A stretch of DNA of 64,000 nt from Macrostomum lignano (taxonomy: Eukaryota). The position numbers and the translations under genes are program-made. The stretch spans positions 372,001-436,000 of the forward strand of contig NIVC01000712.1 in the NCBI GenBank assembly GCA_002269645.1. The letters run 5' to 3'. Shown piece after piece: positions 51,801 to 64,000 of this stretch (the first letter of the stretch is position 1; every line of letters starts with the position of its first letter). The notes beneath the pieces were generated by a model. It saw nothing but the letters and a program-made list of their open reading frames with translations, made no database searches and had not been told where the DNA came from.

Positions 51801-52659
51801 TGAGGTCGGGAAGATGTGCATGGTCCGATCTAACCGACCATGGATTCTTCCAGAAACATATTTAGTTGCAAACCGCGGTTGCCCTCCCAAACTGCCCTCT
51901 CTCGAGCTGTCTCTTCTGTGCCATAGCAGAGGAGACCGCGGAAGGATCACGTCGCCTTCTGCCCTCACTTCAATAAGGCGCGGCACAAACACATCATCGG
52001 CCACCCCCAGCGGATGGACGAGCTGACCACCCCAAACAACATCCGTGACCTTCGCGCCTTCTTCCGGGATACCGGGATACGAATGGGGGCCTGGGCGCAA
52101 CCCCGAGGTTAATCCTTGGTCTCTTTAATCGCGACAGAAGTAAGTAAGTAACATCTGATTTTTTGAATGCTTCTAGAGTTCGTCAGCCTATCCTTGAAGC
52201 TGGTAAATTTAAGATTGCTTTAAATCTGTTAGCACTAAAACAAAAAGCGATAGCAATGTGTTGCATCGATTAGCCCCAAAACTCGTTGATACTCGTAGGC
52301 AACAGATAACAGAATATATGACTAACCCGGAAGGTAGCGAGATGGTCAAGAACAAGCCGGCAACCAAATCGAATCTGGTAGTCTTCGAGTTTGTCCGAAT
52401 GTACACAGAAAAGTTCATAGCGTCCGATCTGTCAAATATCTCAGCGCGATCGCCGCTTCTGAGTGGCTGCCCAATCAGAGCCAGTTTGGTCGGTCCGCTG
52501 GCATAGGGAAGGCTGACCTGCCAATAGCAGCTGATTCCCCGTTTCCCATGGGACCCGTCCTGAATCAGGGGCACCAATGTCTCATCCCGATGGTGGAAGC
52601 TGTCCATCGCAATTTTAACGGTGAGCTCTTGAACACAGTGGTGATTGGCAGACTCGGAG
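48848..52659 (-). CDS. Family Y receptor, copy Y4 (CUB-like, C-type-lectin-like, TM); partly unresolved
   Basis: Open exons 52327-52659 ([18 protein letters not shown]), 51455-51696 ([21 protein letters not shown]) and 48848-49343 ([39 protein letters not shown]). The middle lectin exon (~51220-51390) and the 5' end are not cleanly resolved. Confidence 0.7.
50167..50700. repeat. Purine-rich 12-bp minisatellite GAGGGGAGACAA
   Basis: Direct inspection. Confidence 0.95.
51760..52150 (+). mobile_element. 5'-truncated LINE 3' end (CCHC knuckle, (AGTA)n tail) in a Y4 intron
   Basis: [10 protein letters not shown]...[19 protein letters not shown]; closely similar to the reverse complement of 11010-11308; ends GAAGTAAGTAAGTAA. 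Confidence 0.75.
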
Positions 52660-52794
52660 CTGTAAAGTTATCGAAATTGTAGATTGCGCCAGCCAAAAGA
52701 GCACTATAGTCGACAAATATGACAGATTCAACTTTTTTATTCTGCGGGAATCACGATTTCTACCTAAGTTCAAGTAATGCGATTTGTTGGGGAG

Positions 52795-53540
52795 CCGTCT
52801 CTCTCCCTAATGACAGCGTCTCTCTCCCTAATGACAGCGTCTCTCTCCCTAATGACAGCATCTCTTTCCCTAATGACAGCGTCTCTCTCTCTAATGACAG
52901 CGTCTCTTTCCCTAATGACAGCGTCTCTCTCCCTAATGACAGCGTCTCTTTCCATAATGACAGCGTCTCTTTCCCTAATAACAGCGTCTCTCTCCCTAAT
53001 GACAGCGTCTCTCTCCCTAATGACAGCATCTCTTTCCCTAATGACAGCATCTCTTTCCCTAATGACAGCATCTCTCTCCCTAATGACAGCATCTCTTTCC
53101 CTAATGACAGCATCTCTTTCCCTAATGACAGCATCTCTTTCCCTAATGACAGCATCTCTCTCCCTAATGACAGCATCTTTTTCCCTAATGACAGCGTCTC
53201 TCTCCCTAATGACAGCGTCTCTCTCCCTAATGACAGCATCTCTTTCCCTAATGACAGCATCTCTTTCCCTAACGACAGCATCTCTTTCCCTAATGACAGC
53301 GTCTCTCTCCCTAGTGACAGCGTCTCTCTCCCTAATGACAGCATCTCTTTCCCTAATGACAGCGTCTCTCTCCCTAGTGACAGCGTCTCTCTCCCTAATG
53401 ACAGCGTCTCTTTCCCTAATGACAGCGTCTCTTTCCCTAATATCAGCGTCTCTCTCCCTAAAGACAGCGTCTCCCTCTCATGACAGCATCTCCCTCTCTA
53501 AACGACAGCATCTCCTTCTCTAATGACAGCATCTCTTTTC
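52795..53540. repeat. 21-bp minisatellite CCCTAATGACAGCGTCTCTCT, ~34 copies
   Basis: Direct inspection. Confidence 0.96.
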
Positions 53541-54154
53541 TTAAAAAAAATTTTCTTTTCGATTTTTGTTTGATAAAACTGTTGAAAAATGCGTTACACA
53601 TTTGCACTTACATGTGCCAGTACGTCGCAATCAATAGCAGGAAAATAATCGATTGCATTATCTAAAATATAAAAGTGACAACGGGTCGTGGTTAAATGTT
53701 CGCATGATTTCGCTGAGTACATGTACGTAGGGACAACAAAGTACACGCACTAGATCGTACATTCACTTAGAGAAGTTCCCTTTTAAACTGTACATTTAAG
53801 CGTACTTTGGACAAAAGCACTGCTTTGCTCTACTTAGTTTGACGGTTGAAATTAATTAAGTTAACTTCACAATGAGGAATGCTTTTTACGGGCTATAGAA
53901 ATCTTGTTTAATAAACTCACCGCGACTTCAGGTAGATAAGAAGACCAACTGAGAAAGAAAACTATAAAATCAAAAGGCTTCGCTATGCATTGCTTGGTCC
54001 GGTAATAAAAGTACGAGCGTACAATATTTGTGCTGTTTTACGCCCTCAGTAACTGTAAGTGGGCGCTTTAAAAGCGAAAGCGAAAAGTTATAGAAACAGA
54101 CTTCTTTTTCAAAGCCAATGAGAGAATACATGTAGTATGAATGTAACAATATTG

Positions 54155-54176
54155 ACTGCCTGCCTGTCTGCCTGCC

Positions 54177-54236
<60 letters not shown>

Positions 54237-54695
54237 CTAGTTTCTGTCTGTCTGTCTGTCCTAGTGTCTGTCTGTCTGTCTGTCCTAGTGTCTGTCTGTC
54301 TGTCTGTCTGTCTGTCCTAGTGTCTGTCTGTCTGTCTGTCTGTCTGTCCTAGTGTCTGTCTGTCTGTCTGTCTGTCTGTCCTAGTGTCTGTCTGTCTGTC
54401 TGTCCTAGTTTCTGTCTGTCTGTCTGTCCTAGTGTCTGTCTGTCTGTCTGTCCTAGTTTCTGTCTGTCTGTCTGTCCTAGTGTCTGTCTGTCTGTCTGTC
54501 CTAGTGTCTGTCTGTCTGTCTGTCTTAGTTTCTGTCTGTCTGTCCTAGTGTCTGTCTGTCTGTCTGTCCTAGTGTCTGTCTGTCTGTCTGTCCTAGTTTC
54601 TGTCTGTCTGTCTGTCCTAGTGTCTGTCTGTCTGTCTGTCCTAGTGTCTGTCTGTCTGTCTGTCCTAGTGTCTGTCTGTCTGTCTGTCTGTCTGT
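54155..54695. repeat. (CTGT)n microsatellite punctuated by CCTAG
   Basis: Direct inspection. Confidence 0.96.
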
Positions 54696-54989
54696 CGGTT
54701 TGCCCGCCTTGCTGCTTGTGTGCCGATCACATTTTGAATCTTTCCTTCACAATTCTAAGTCAATATTGTCAGCATTGAACACAATACTTATTCAGTAGGC
54801 TTTTTGCACGGAAAGTCCGAACTTCATTTGCTTCCATTTTATTATCGTTTTTTTATATTCTGTCGTCTTATCCTTCGAATTCAAAGCGTTATATTATATT
54901 TTTATTTCAAACATTTGAACTAGAAATATGACTTATAGTATGACTATAAACACAACTAAACCATATTTGCCTAATCCTCCACTGCATTA

Positions 54990-55075
54990 GGCAGTGGTCG
55001 AGACCGTCCTGCTGTACAACGCCACGACACGGACGCTGATAGGTATGCTAAAACCGAAACTCTCGCGTCTGCACC
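54990..55075 (+). mobile_element. Short internal fragment of an RTE-like LINE
   Basis: AVVETVLLYNATTRTL versus AVVETVLTYNAETWTL in the full-length copy. Confidence 0.55.
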
Positions 55076-55789
55076 GTGTGGCCCTACAAGCAGACGAAAG
55101 CGTCATGCCAGCTGGTTTGTTTATAAGCGTATAACACGAATTGACCTCACACCTTATAGCCATTTTTCATCTTCCGGATCATTTAGTCAGTGTAAATGCT
55201 ACTGATTTAGATTTAGTTTCGCTAGCTATACTAATGATTAGTTTTATAGTTAATACACTGGGAACTGTCGCAAAGTAGTCGACCAGAAATCAGCCATGAG
55301 GCAAACGGTTCCCTGAGCATGCGCGCATGTAGGCACACGCTCACACAGTGATGACTTCCTCATCATCGGGCATGTACAGTCTCTGGAATGCCGCCTTGGA
55401 AGTTGATCGTCATGGACGAGACATAGACGACACAAGTCAGTCCCTGGGGCTGGAATTCCCAGGCTTCAAGGAATCGAACCTGGGGTACTTAAGCCTAAGT
55501 GTCACAGGCGTAAAACGCTGAGCTGATCTGTAACTTCTCTGGCCTCTGTACGGATGATATGAAATGAAAGTTTGCAAGAATCCATGAGAAGATTCCGTCC
55601 GCAAAATCCCACACTAGCGTCACAGAAGCGAGAATTCCGATGGAGCTGGTTTTCTCAACAACCTTCCGATTCCAACCCCTCTGCCTCTTCGAGTACTCGA
55701 GAAGTACGGGTCTTGCTCCGTCCAATCCATGAAGACTATAAACTAAATAAAAACACTTGAGCAAACATTAGCTTAAATTTTGTTTTGCA

Positions 55790-56078
55790 GAATAATAGTA
55801 ATAATTATAATTATAATAACTGGTTACACCTGCCCTAATGGGCAGATGTGCAACCGACAGCTCAGCCGCAGCTGCATATGAAGGCAGCATAAAGGCTGCA
55901 TACGGCGAAGGCTGTGTAATGCCCAGCTAATGCTAGCACCCATTTTACAGCTGGGTGAACTGCAGCAATACAGAGTTAAGTGTCTTGCTCAAGGAAACAA
56001 ATTGTTCCAGTGGGATCGGGAATTGAACTCCCGACCTTCAAGTCGTGAGTTCGACGCTCAAACCACTAGGCTAAAACC
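55790..56078 (-). mobile_element. Best-preserved tRNA-derived CORE-type SINE
   Basis: Minus strand: TAGCCTAGTGG A box, GTTCAATTCC B box, CCTTGAGCAAGACACTTAACTCTGTATTGCTGCAGTTCACCCAGCTGTAAAATGGG, (TAAT)n tail. Confidence 0.82.
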
Positions 56079-56877
56079 TGCGCAGAATAAATGAAACAAT
56101 ACATTTTTAATACGAATTTATTGAGACATTTAGGCACAATTAGGCACACTGTAATAGTAGACAACTTAGGTACAGAGTCAAATATAAGCTATTTGTAAGA
56201 TAGATTCATAGAATAGGGAGTTTCTGAAATAGCAGCACGTGACTTTCAGTAGATAAATTTCAGACGAGCGCCATCCTACGAGGTAAAAAGTTATTTTAAA
56301 ATTATTGATAATACGGAAAAAAGTACACAATATAGGCAAGAGAAAGTTTAATAAAAAATATTCAATGGCGCTTTTGCTCTCAAGAAAAGAAGACAAGGCA
56401 CCCTTTGACAGCGTATTACACAACTGTGCCCCTTGGGATACGCTTAGATCACATTACTAAGGTGTCTTCCGGGAGCTAAAAATAACTACAAATTGACTGC
56501 TGATGGTTGACCAAGGCAATTCTTTCTTCTATTTTATAAATGGTATATATTACTTTGTACGTGGATCTTGGACGCTGCCGCAAATTAAGGTGATTCGCAT
56601 CCGGCAAGCAATTACGGCCACAGAAATTACACCCATTCCGCTGAAATTTGAGCACACGTACAAAGATATACGCACAGGCAGGCAGACACTCGCACAAGGT
56701 GTACAGCGGCTCTGATCGTCCTATCACCATGCATACGAAACGTTTTGAATTTAGGGGACACAATGATTAAAATATCGACAAGCGGAGCTCCGACTTTGCG
56801 TGCCTACTGAATGAAGAATTTGTGTTCAATTCTGACAATATTGGCTTGAAAACTGTGGAAGAAAGAGACAGTTATTG

Positions 56878-57168
<291 letters not shown>

Positions 57169-57397
57169 CACACTCACAGCGGCCCTGACTGTGTCATCCC
57201 CATGCATGCACGCACTTGGGGATTGGCGAGAATTGGACGACAAGCCCCAGGTCTGTCGCGTTAGGAGACGAGTTTCGGTTTTTCTTGACCATTCTCTGGC
57301 AGGTCATTGAAACTGACCAACAGATACTGACCAACCTTTTCAGTCTGAAAAAAACCACTTGAGAACGTCTTTCAAAGTCTGAAACAATTCCATCAAT

Positions 57398-60300
57398 TTA
57401 ACTGCGAGCAGTCTGCATGGAGTGGCTGTCAAAGGCAGAGTAATTCACAAAGGTGCACCCATCGGTGTCGTAGTGACCCGCCGCTTCGGTGAACTGCGGC
57501 AAATCCTCCTCGCCGTCGCTGCTGGAATCTTCGACACTTTCCTCTCTGGCTAGCAAGATGTTGGTCACTGTGACGAACTCGAACCGATGTCTGTCCTGCT
57601 CAAGAAAAATTAAACTGTTTGGTTATACTCGCAGGACGAAAAGGAAACAGAAAAAAAGGTTTTTACGACAGACTTTAACGAGAAATACGATTTACTTGCT
57701 TGGACTCTGCAGATTTTAAAGTTCTAAAGAAAATAGAAAGCAACAGCTTCTTATGCTTTTCAACGTGTACTTATGTGTATAATGTGCGTCTGGAATTGCT
57801 GAGATGTCGAGGCTTACTAGGGGAATTGCTGAGATGTCGAGGCTTACTGGGGGAATTGCTGAGATCTCGAGGCTTACTAGGGGAATTGCTGAGATCTCGA
57901 GGCTTACTAGGGGAATTGCTGAGATGTCGAGGCTTACTAGGGGAATTGCTAAGATATCAAGGCTGAGAGGTAAGAATTGCTACTGGTAGTTTATTCAAAA
58001 AGTTTTATTCCATCTTTGAAGAAATTTACTCAAATAAGGTGAGTTATTAAACTGAAAAAAGGAACGCTTTTAAGAAAACATGCTTTTATTTTAAAGGATT
58101 CTCATTATGGCGCTCTGAAGGGGGGACACTAGGCTGCTAGTATTTTCTATATTTATCTATCTAGTTAAGTTCTGTGTCTAAATCAGCTCTCACTTTGGTC
58201 TGAAAACCATAAAACTTTTCGCCAGAAATTAGATGAAAGCATTTTTTGACACTAACGTGTAAAAATTCTGCATCATATTCAAATTCACTAAAGGCAACTT
58301 TATTCTATGTAGCTCTTACGCTCGTACGAGGTAACACTGTCACAGACTGTCTAAACGCAACAAGCGTACACAGGCACGCAGTCGTACCCCATTTCACTGA
58401 CCCCTGATAAGTACGAAGACGTACACAGTACATGTACAGCGTAGAAATACGTACGAAGACAAGGTTGTATTGCAGCCTTGACTTTATCTACGCTCTCTGT
58501 TCAAAATTATTATGGACACGCGCAGACACGAATACAGGACTAAGTCCTATGCGATATCTCTCCCCGCTTCACTGCCCTGGTAGCTCTCATCACTATACTG
58601 AAAGCGAGGCAAACCAAGGCAAACTCCATAAAGTGAAAGCATTTGCGATAAACTTACCTGCAGACTAGAGCCATCGCTTGCTTCACTTGTTCCTCCGTCA
58701 GCAGCGCTTGCTGGGGCACAATCTGATACGGTTTCGAACGATTCCTCGTTCTTCCGGTCACACGACACGGCTGAAGCTGTTGCCGCGAAAGCCCAGATGC
58801 TGAGGCAGATAGCAACCAAAAACGCTAGCGTGAGGCCCGCTGCTAGCAGAGCGGAAACGCCAATATCTGCAACCCCCCCTCAAAAGTTCAAGCTGGTTTT
58901 AGTTTAATGACTTTAACCACGAGTTTCCCGTTGGCAGCACTGCTGCCGCAGCTCATATATACTTGCCTCCCGTAGCTGGGGAGACTGCAATTCAACCATT
59001 CTTGACTCTAAATAATTCGGCCCCACAGATTTGAGTTGTGAATGAAAAAAATAATGCTCACCATCTTTACCAACCGGCTGTTGGTTTAAAGATTTGCACT
59101 GCAGCGACTCAAAGACAGTCAATCCAGTGTAGGCTTGGTGACTGGAGCAGCAGACGTTCACAGATGAGCCGTTCCATTTCACTTTCAGTAAGCCATGCCA
59201 CTCAGTGCTGCTGATATTTCTCAGCTCTGTCGATGCCTCATCTGCCGCAACTGAGCAGTTGATGCTGTAGACCGGAAGTAGTCCTTTTTGTTTTTTATTT
59301 TGATCAACTGCATGCACGTGAACTACAGACTGGCTGTTACTGACGTAGGCTAACGCGAGTTCAAGCGTTGACTTGCTGGCTTGGCCTTGAGGTTTTTTCA
59401 ATGGCAAGAAAGATTCGACTTTTGATTTTCTTTCAATTCAATTGAGTCGCAACATCAAATTCCATGATCAGACTCAAAGCGGCTAAAATGACTCACTAAA
59501 AACAGCTGGTGCACTGCTCAGACTGCTCTCTGAGTCAGTGTGCTCAACTCCAGACTGGTTGACGCTGCACAAAACCTGCCAATTCTGACGGGCCATCGCC
59601 TCGACTACTCGAAGCTCGTGAGTACTGTTGAACTCACCCTGCTGTAATCAAAATTGGTGCACAGGTGAAGACAGCTGACATATTCTAGACCTGAATGAAG
59701 TTTGTTGATTGAGATTACCAAAGGTGATTTTCACTCACTTGCACTTTCTGAAGCGGTGTGCTGACTGCAGCGTCAGCATTCAGTTTCAGCCAGCAGCTGT
59801 GGCTCACATTCCAGATGCTGCAGCGCTTAGAGATCACCTGAACCAGCTTGATCTGCCCCACCAGCCAGAATTTCTCCGGTCCCAAGTCCACGGCTGTCTC
59901 GCAGGGCTCTGAAAGATGAAGCATAGGCTGATGATACATACTTTTTTTCAGACTTGTCAGGGTGGTCAAGAGGTCTTTAGGAGCCAATGAGGACCACACG
60001 GAGTATGCCAGGTTCTCAAGAATGTCAGCGAATAAACAAAAAATCCTGTTAATTTTTTTATTCTTCTTTGCGCCATTATCATATTTTCTCTAAGAGTTAT
60101 GATATGCATACCACTGATTTCTGAAATGATTCCAGTCCAAGCAGTTTCCTTCCTTTCTGATCCAGCAGTTCCTTTGCACACGATGTCGGCATTTCTATCA
60201 GCCATCGATACATTAAAACTGAACCCTGAGCGCACTCTGACGAGTGTTCTGTTCGTGCTGTCGATGGTTTTTGACTGGCTCTGAAATTGAAAATCAATAA

Positions 60301-62343
60301 TCAAAGTTCATTTCCGACCGACTGCCGGCAATTCACTCAGAATTTTCAGGACATTACAGTGCTGAGAAGAGTGAGGTTTCGAATTCGCTGCGACCCCAGA
60401 CTCTCGATGAAGCAGCGGTGCTGAGCCTCAGGCAGGGAGTCTGAGAACACGCTGAGCTTTGCCAGCTGCCCAGCAACTAGGACTGACAAAGCTGAGACGT
60501 GCAGAGCTTTGACTGAAACTAAAAATAAATATGTTTAACATGGCGTTAAATAAAAAGCTTCAAATTTAATCTGAGATTGTCAACGGTACACCTGAGTCTG
60601 CGACTCCATCTACCGCTTAACTTCAGTAGCAATATGATCTGCAGTTCAATCACCGCACAGCTCAGAAAAACAAAAGAAGAGCACCTTCCCACAACAGAAG
60701 CTTCTCAAGCATAACAGCGCCATGAGAAGTGCTCAAGCCGCACTGCAGCAGCTTGCCGTGGTCATCAGGGAGAGTTCTAATCTCGAACTTGTGAGTTCGA
60801 ATCTCATTGACAACAGCTGGAGATGAGCCAACCTGAAGACAGTTGAGAACTTTCGTAGCCTACTGAATGCACAATCAAATGCATGCTTGAAAGCATGGAA
60901 GCTCACCAGCGGGGCGCTGACAATTCTTCCAGAAGAATCGGAAAGACAGCAGGCGGCCTTATCGAAGCTGCAGCTGTCTAGGAAGAACAAAGAAGTCGAA
61001 TGTTGAACTTCTTCGCTGACGAAGAGGCCGAGCCGATAGGAGAGCAGGTGACTGGACCGGTTCATGCTGATGCGCATCAATGCATGGCGGCCTGGAAATA
61101 TTTATTGTCAATAGAAAACAGACTAAATGAGATCAGCAAAGTGAAATTAGCAAACTTTCCTGAGATATTTATGGCCTGCCAATCAAGCGAACTCTCGCTG
61201 AGTAGCCGGATGAACGTTGTCAAAACCTGAAGTGCAACATGATTGGCCTGAGGCGGCAATAAAATCAAACATTTGCTGCACCTGCCTCACCGCTTGGCCA
61301 CGTCCGACCTGCCTCCAGCGGCTGCTGCTGTTGAAGGCCTCCCAGCTGGCGTCGCACGGATCCTCCAGCTGCAGCTCCAGCGGGAGGCTCGAGGCTCCGA
61401 CCGCTGACACGGGTGAGCCGATCGGAGCTGCTGTGTGCCACTGGCCATCTGCAACACGAGTGCTTGGCTGCTAGCTGGTCTCACACTGTCTCAGAGTGCT
61501 AATTAGATGCTAGCTGGTCTCACACTGTCTCAGAGTGCTAATTAGATGCTAGCTGGTCTCACACTGTCTCAGAGTGCTAATTAGATGCTAGCTGGTCTCA
61601 CACTGTCTCAGAGTGCTAATTAGATGCTAGCTGGTCTCACACTGTCTCAGAGTGCTAATTAGATGCTAGCTGGTCTCACACTGTCTCAGAGTGCTAATTA
61701 GATGCTAGCTGGTCTGACACTGTCTCAGAGTGCTAATTAGATGCTAGCTGGTCTGACACTGTCTCAGAGTGCTAATTAGATGCTAGCTGGTCTGACACTG
61801 TCTCAGAGTGCTAATTAGATGCTAGCTGGTCTCACACTGTCTCAGAGTGCTAATTAGATGCTAGCTGGTCTCACACTGTCTCAGAGTGCTAATTAGATGC
61901 TAGCTGGTCTCACACTGTCTCACACTTTGTGCCCCCGACGCCCTTTGCCTCATCATGCATCATGAGAATGAGTCGGTCAGCGTCACTCACCCCAGTCTCG
62001 CACGCTCACCGCCTCCAGCATCATCGGCTGCCTCAGCTGCATCACAAGCCACCGAGGCCCGGACCGCACAGCAGCAGGGAATCGGTTTGTCTCTGACTGC
62101 CGACTCTCCCACCAACGGCAGTGCGCACCGCTGGGTTGCCAGGTGCGCAGAACGTCAGCCCTGCTCAGCTGCACTGTCACTGGAAAATTTATCGAAAAAG
62201 ATTTGCAGCCTTGTTTTGCCAGCCTTTGAGCTGCCCCTAAAAGCAGCTGACTCACCCGTGCGATTCACAGCGGAGCAGTCCAAAGATGCAGCAACTCGCA
62301 TGCTCAGCAGCAGAGGCAGCAATCGCCAAAGCGAAATTTTCAT
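57398..62343 (-). CDS. Family X receptor, divergent copy X_C, 13 exons, 772 aa (requires a GA-AG intron 4)
   Basis: Exons 62256-62343, 61991-62179, 61291-61448, 61160-61226, 60907-61091, 60685-60832, 60358-60482, 60112-60280, 59739-59908, 59497-59641, 58918-59385, 58658-58866, 57398-57595 total 2319 bp, open and phase-compatible. SP MKISLWRLLPLLLSMRVAAS; Ig-like DDHGKLLQC; TM IGVSALLAAGLTLAFLVAICLSIWAF. Confidence 0.78.
57791..57965. repeat. 30-bp minisatellite GGAATTGCTGAGATGTCGAGGCTTACTAGG, ~5.5 copies (X_C last intron)
   Basis: Direct inspection. Confidence 0.92.
61472..61922. repeat. 39-bp minisatellite, ~11.5 copies (X_C intron 2)
   Basis: Same unit as at 22246 and 35170. Confidence 0.97.
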
Positions 62344-63474
62344 TGTTCTTTTAAGAAAATATTTATCGCAACGAGTCTGTTGCTGGCTATCTGGTAGAAA
62401 ATTTTCAATCGCAGAGTTTTCAATCGTTTCTTATATATTCTGCGCCATAAACGTGTTCCGCTGCATGCAGCCAGCAGCATAAAACCCACCATATCTGATT
62501 GCAATGCGGTGGACTGCACTAGCATTCACTCTATCTGTTTTGGTGCTTTCAATGCCAATTTCGCCATGTTTCTGACCGCTTGCCATTACTAGACAGAAAT
62601 CTCTATCTAATGACTTTGCCATCGAAAGAGACATGAGCGGCAGTTGTTTTTCAGTTCAGACACTTTTCGGCCGTGAAATTTCATTAAAAATTTGATAATT
62701 TGAGAATTTTCAGAAGAGGAAAAATCGATTTAGATTAAAATAGCTCTCACGAAGAAGACGTTATTGTGAATTGTCTTCACGTTTTCGTGCCGTTTGTCTG
62801 TTCGAACATTTTGCACATGGGCTTTTTCTCAGTCAGGACTGTCTTTTGATGTGGGACACCCTTTTGCTCCTTATTATTTTGGACTGTAATCTGAAAGTCT
62901 GTCTATTCCCATTGCTTAGCTAATGACTTAGTAATCACTCACTTTAATAAATATGACCCCAGGTATTTGATTTAGCGCAATCAGCGTTCGAATCGTGCTG
63001 AAATTATTCAAACTAGAACAACTGGCCGTTTACGTATTTAACACCTTAATTATGTCAAGCTATATGCTGATAGAGAAGAGTGCTAACACTGCCAATGTAG
63101 AAGTGAAACTGAGGGGAGCTCAAATGATGCAATACTCAATACATTTGTATCAATGTAGGTCGTACTTACCGAAGCCACCTATTGCGTGTAAGCCGCAATT
63201 TAAAGAGGAAACTTATTTATCATCGCCACTCCATATGCATCAGAGTTCCAGGGAAATAATTTAGAAAGGCCATGTGATTCCGCGCCTTACACGAAGGAAT
63301 TCCCATCATGATAAATTTTTCTACACTATTCAATTCATCCCTTTCATAGAGTCACTTTACACCGGTTATGTCTAGACTAGAAGTGCCTAGCCCTGTGTTC
63401 GCTATTGTAGCGTATGGGAACCGAGATGATTAGTCCTGGTCATCCTGGTCCTAAGGAGCGAGGCCTGCTGACTG

Positions 63475-64000
63475 TACATGTACATATCGTCGCAGAAAAA
63501 ATAGAAGCCGGCCCAATTCTCACTCCGCAAAGGTCTCAGCAACAGCAGCTGGTAGCAGTTTTCAACAGCAACGGAACCTGGGCAACAATAATAGCAGTAT
63601 ACGTTGTCAGCCAGTCTCAGCGAGTCAAGAGGCAAAGACAACGTAACAGGGCACGTTTCAGGGCCTGGGCGCAAACGTACATGTATGCCTCACCATCGGC
63701 AGTGTCCAGGGCGCCAGCATCAGCCAGCAGGCAGTCGATGAAGCGCCGAGTGCGCGCCTGTTCCCGCCGGTAGGGTGCCTGCAGCGTGAGCAACAGCACC
63801 TCATGCACCGGCTGCGGGCAGTAGGACTCGGCTCAGATGATATGGCCTGCCAGATGAAGCCTCCGACGGCGCAACAGTTCGCTGGGACGGGACATGCCGG
63901 TGCGGCGATAGAGTGCGGCATTGCTGACGTGCTTGAAGCTAATCTTGAAGGCGGTGCACAGCAGGCCAGCGTGCGCCGCATCGACCTGCTGTTCGAGCGA
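63475..64000 (-). mobile_element. 3' end of a second, diverged RTE-like LINE (continues beyond the window; contains a stop codon)
   Basis: VSNAALYRRTG..RRRRLHLAGHII-stop-AESYCPQPVHEVLLLTL..QARTRRFIDCLLADAG aligns with the ORF2 C-terminus at 37656-38000. Confidence 0.85.

Overview
Eukaryotic (animal) genomic DNA with spliceosomal introns, very rich in minisatellites and retroelements. The style suggests an invertebrate such as a free-living flatworm, which is inference only. Left part: an intronless secreted DNase II gene with a long N-terminal extension and a frameshift at a C11 run (4763-6362), and a two-exon WSC+PAN-like gene (8588-9333). From 13 kb to 62 kb lies a minus-strand cluster of two interleaved type I membrane receptor families, reconstructed by hand from splice sites. 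Family X (signal peptide, discoidin/F5-8-like domain, Ig-like domains, TM, acidic tail ending in a conserved TEAAGHY[DE]xDGxxFVxY motif) has three copies: X_A is frameshifted, X_B is intact at 601 aa, and X_C is 772 aa with a GA-AG intron. Family Y (CUB-like, C-type-lectin-like, TM) has four copies, one of them 5'-truncated. A ~10 kb tandem duplication breaks inside minisatellites, and its two copies independently acquired a Ty3/Gypsy element and an RTE-type LINE. The N-terminal domain of the divergent X_C is near-identical to X_A/X_B across a tract centred on a 39-bp minisatellite. The palindrome TACATGTA occurs about 21 times and in two places is a clean TA to TACATGTA insertion. No CRISPR array, rRNA or genuine tRNA gene was found.
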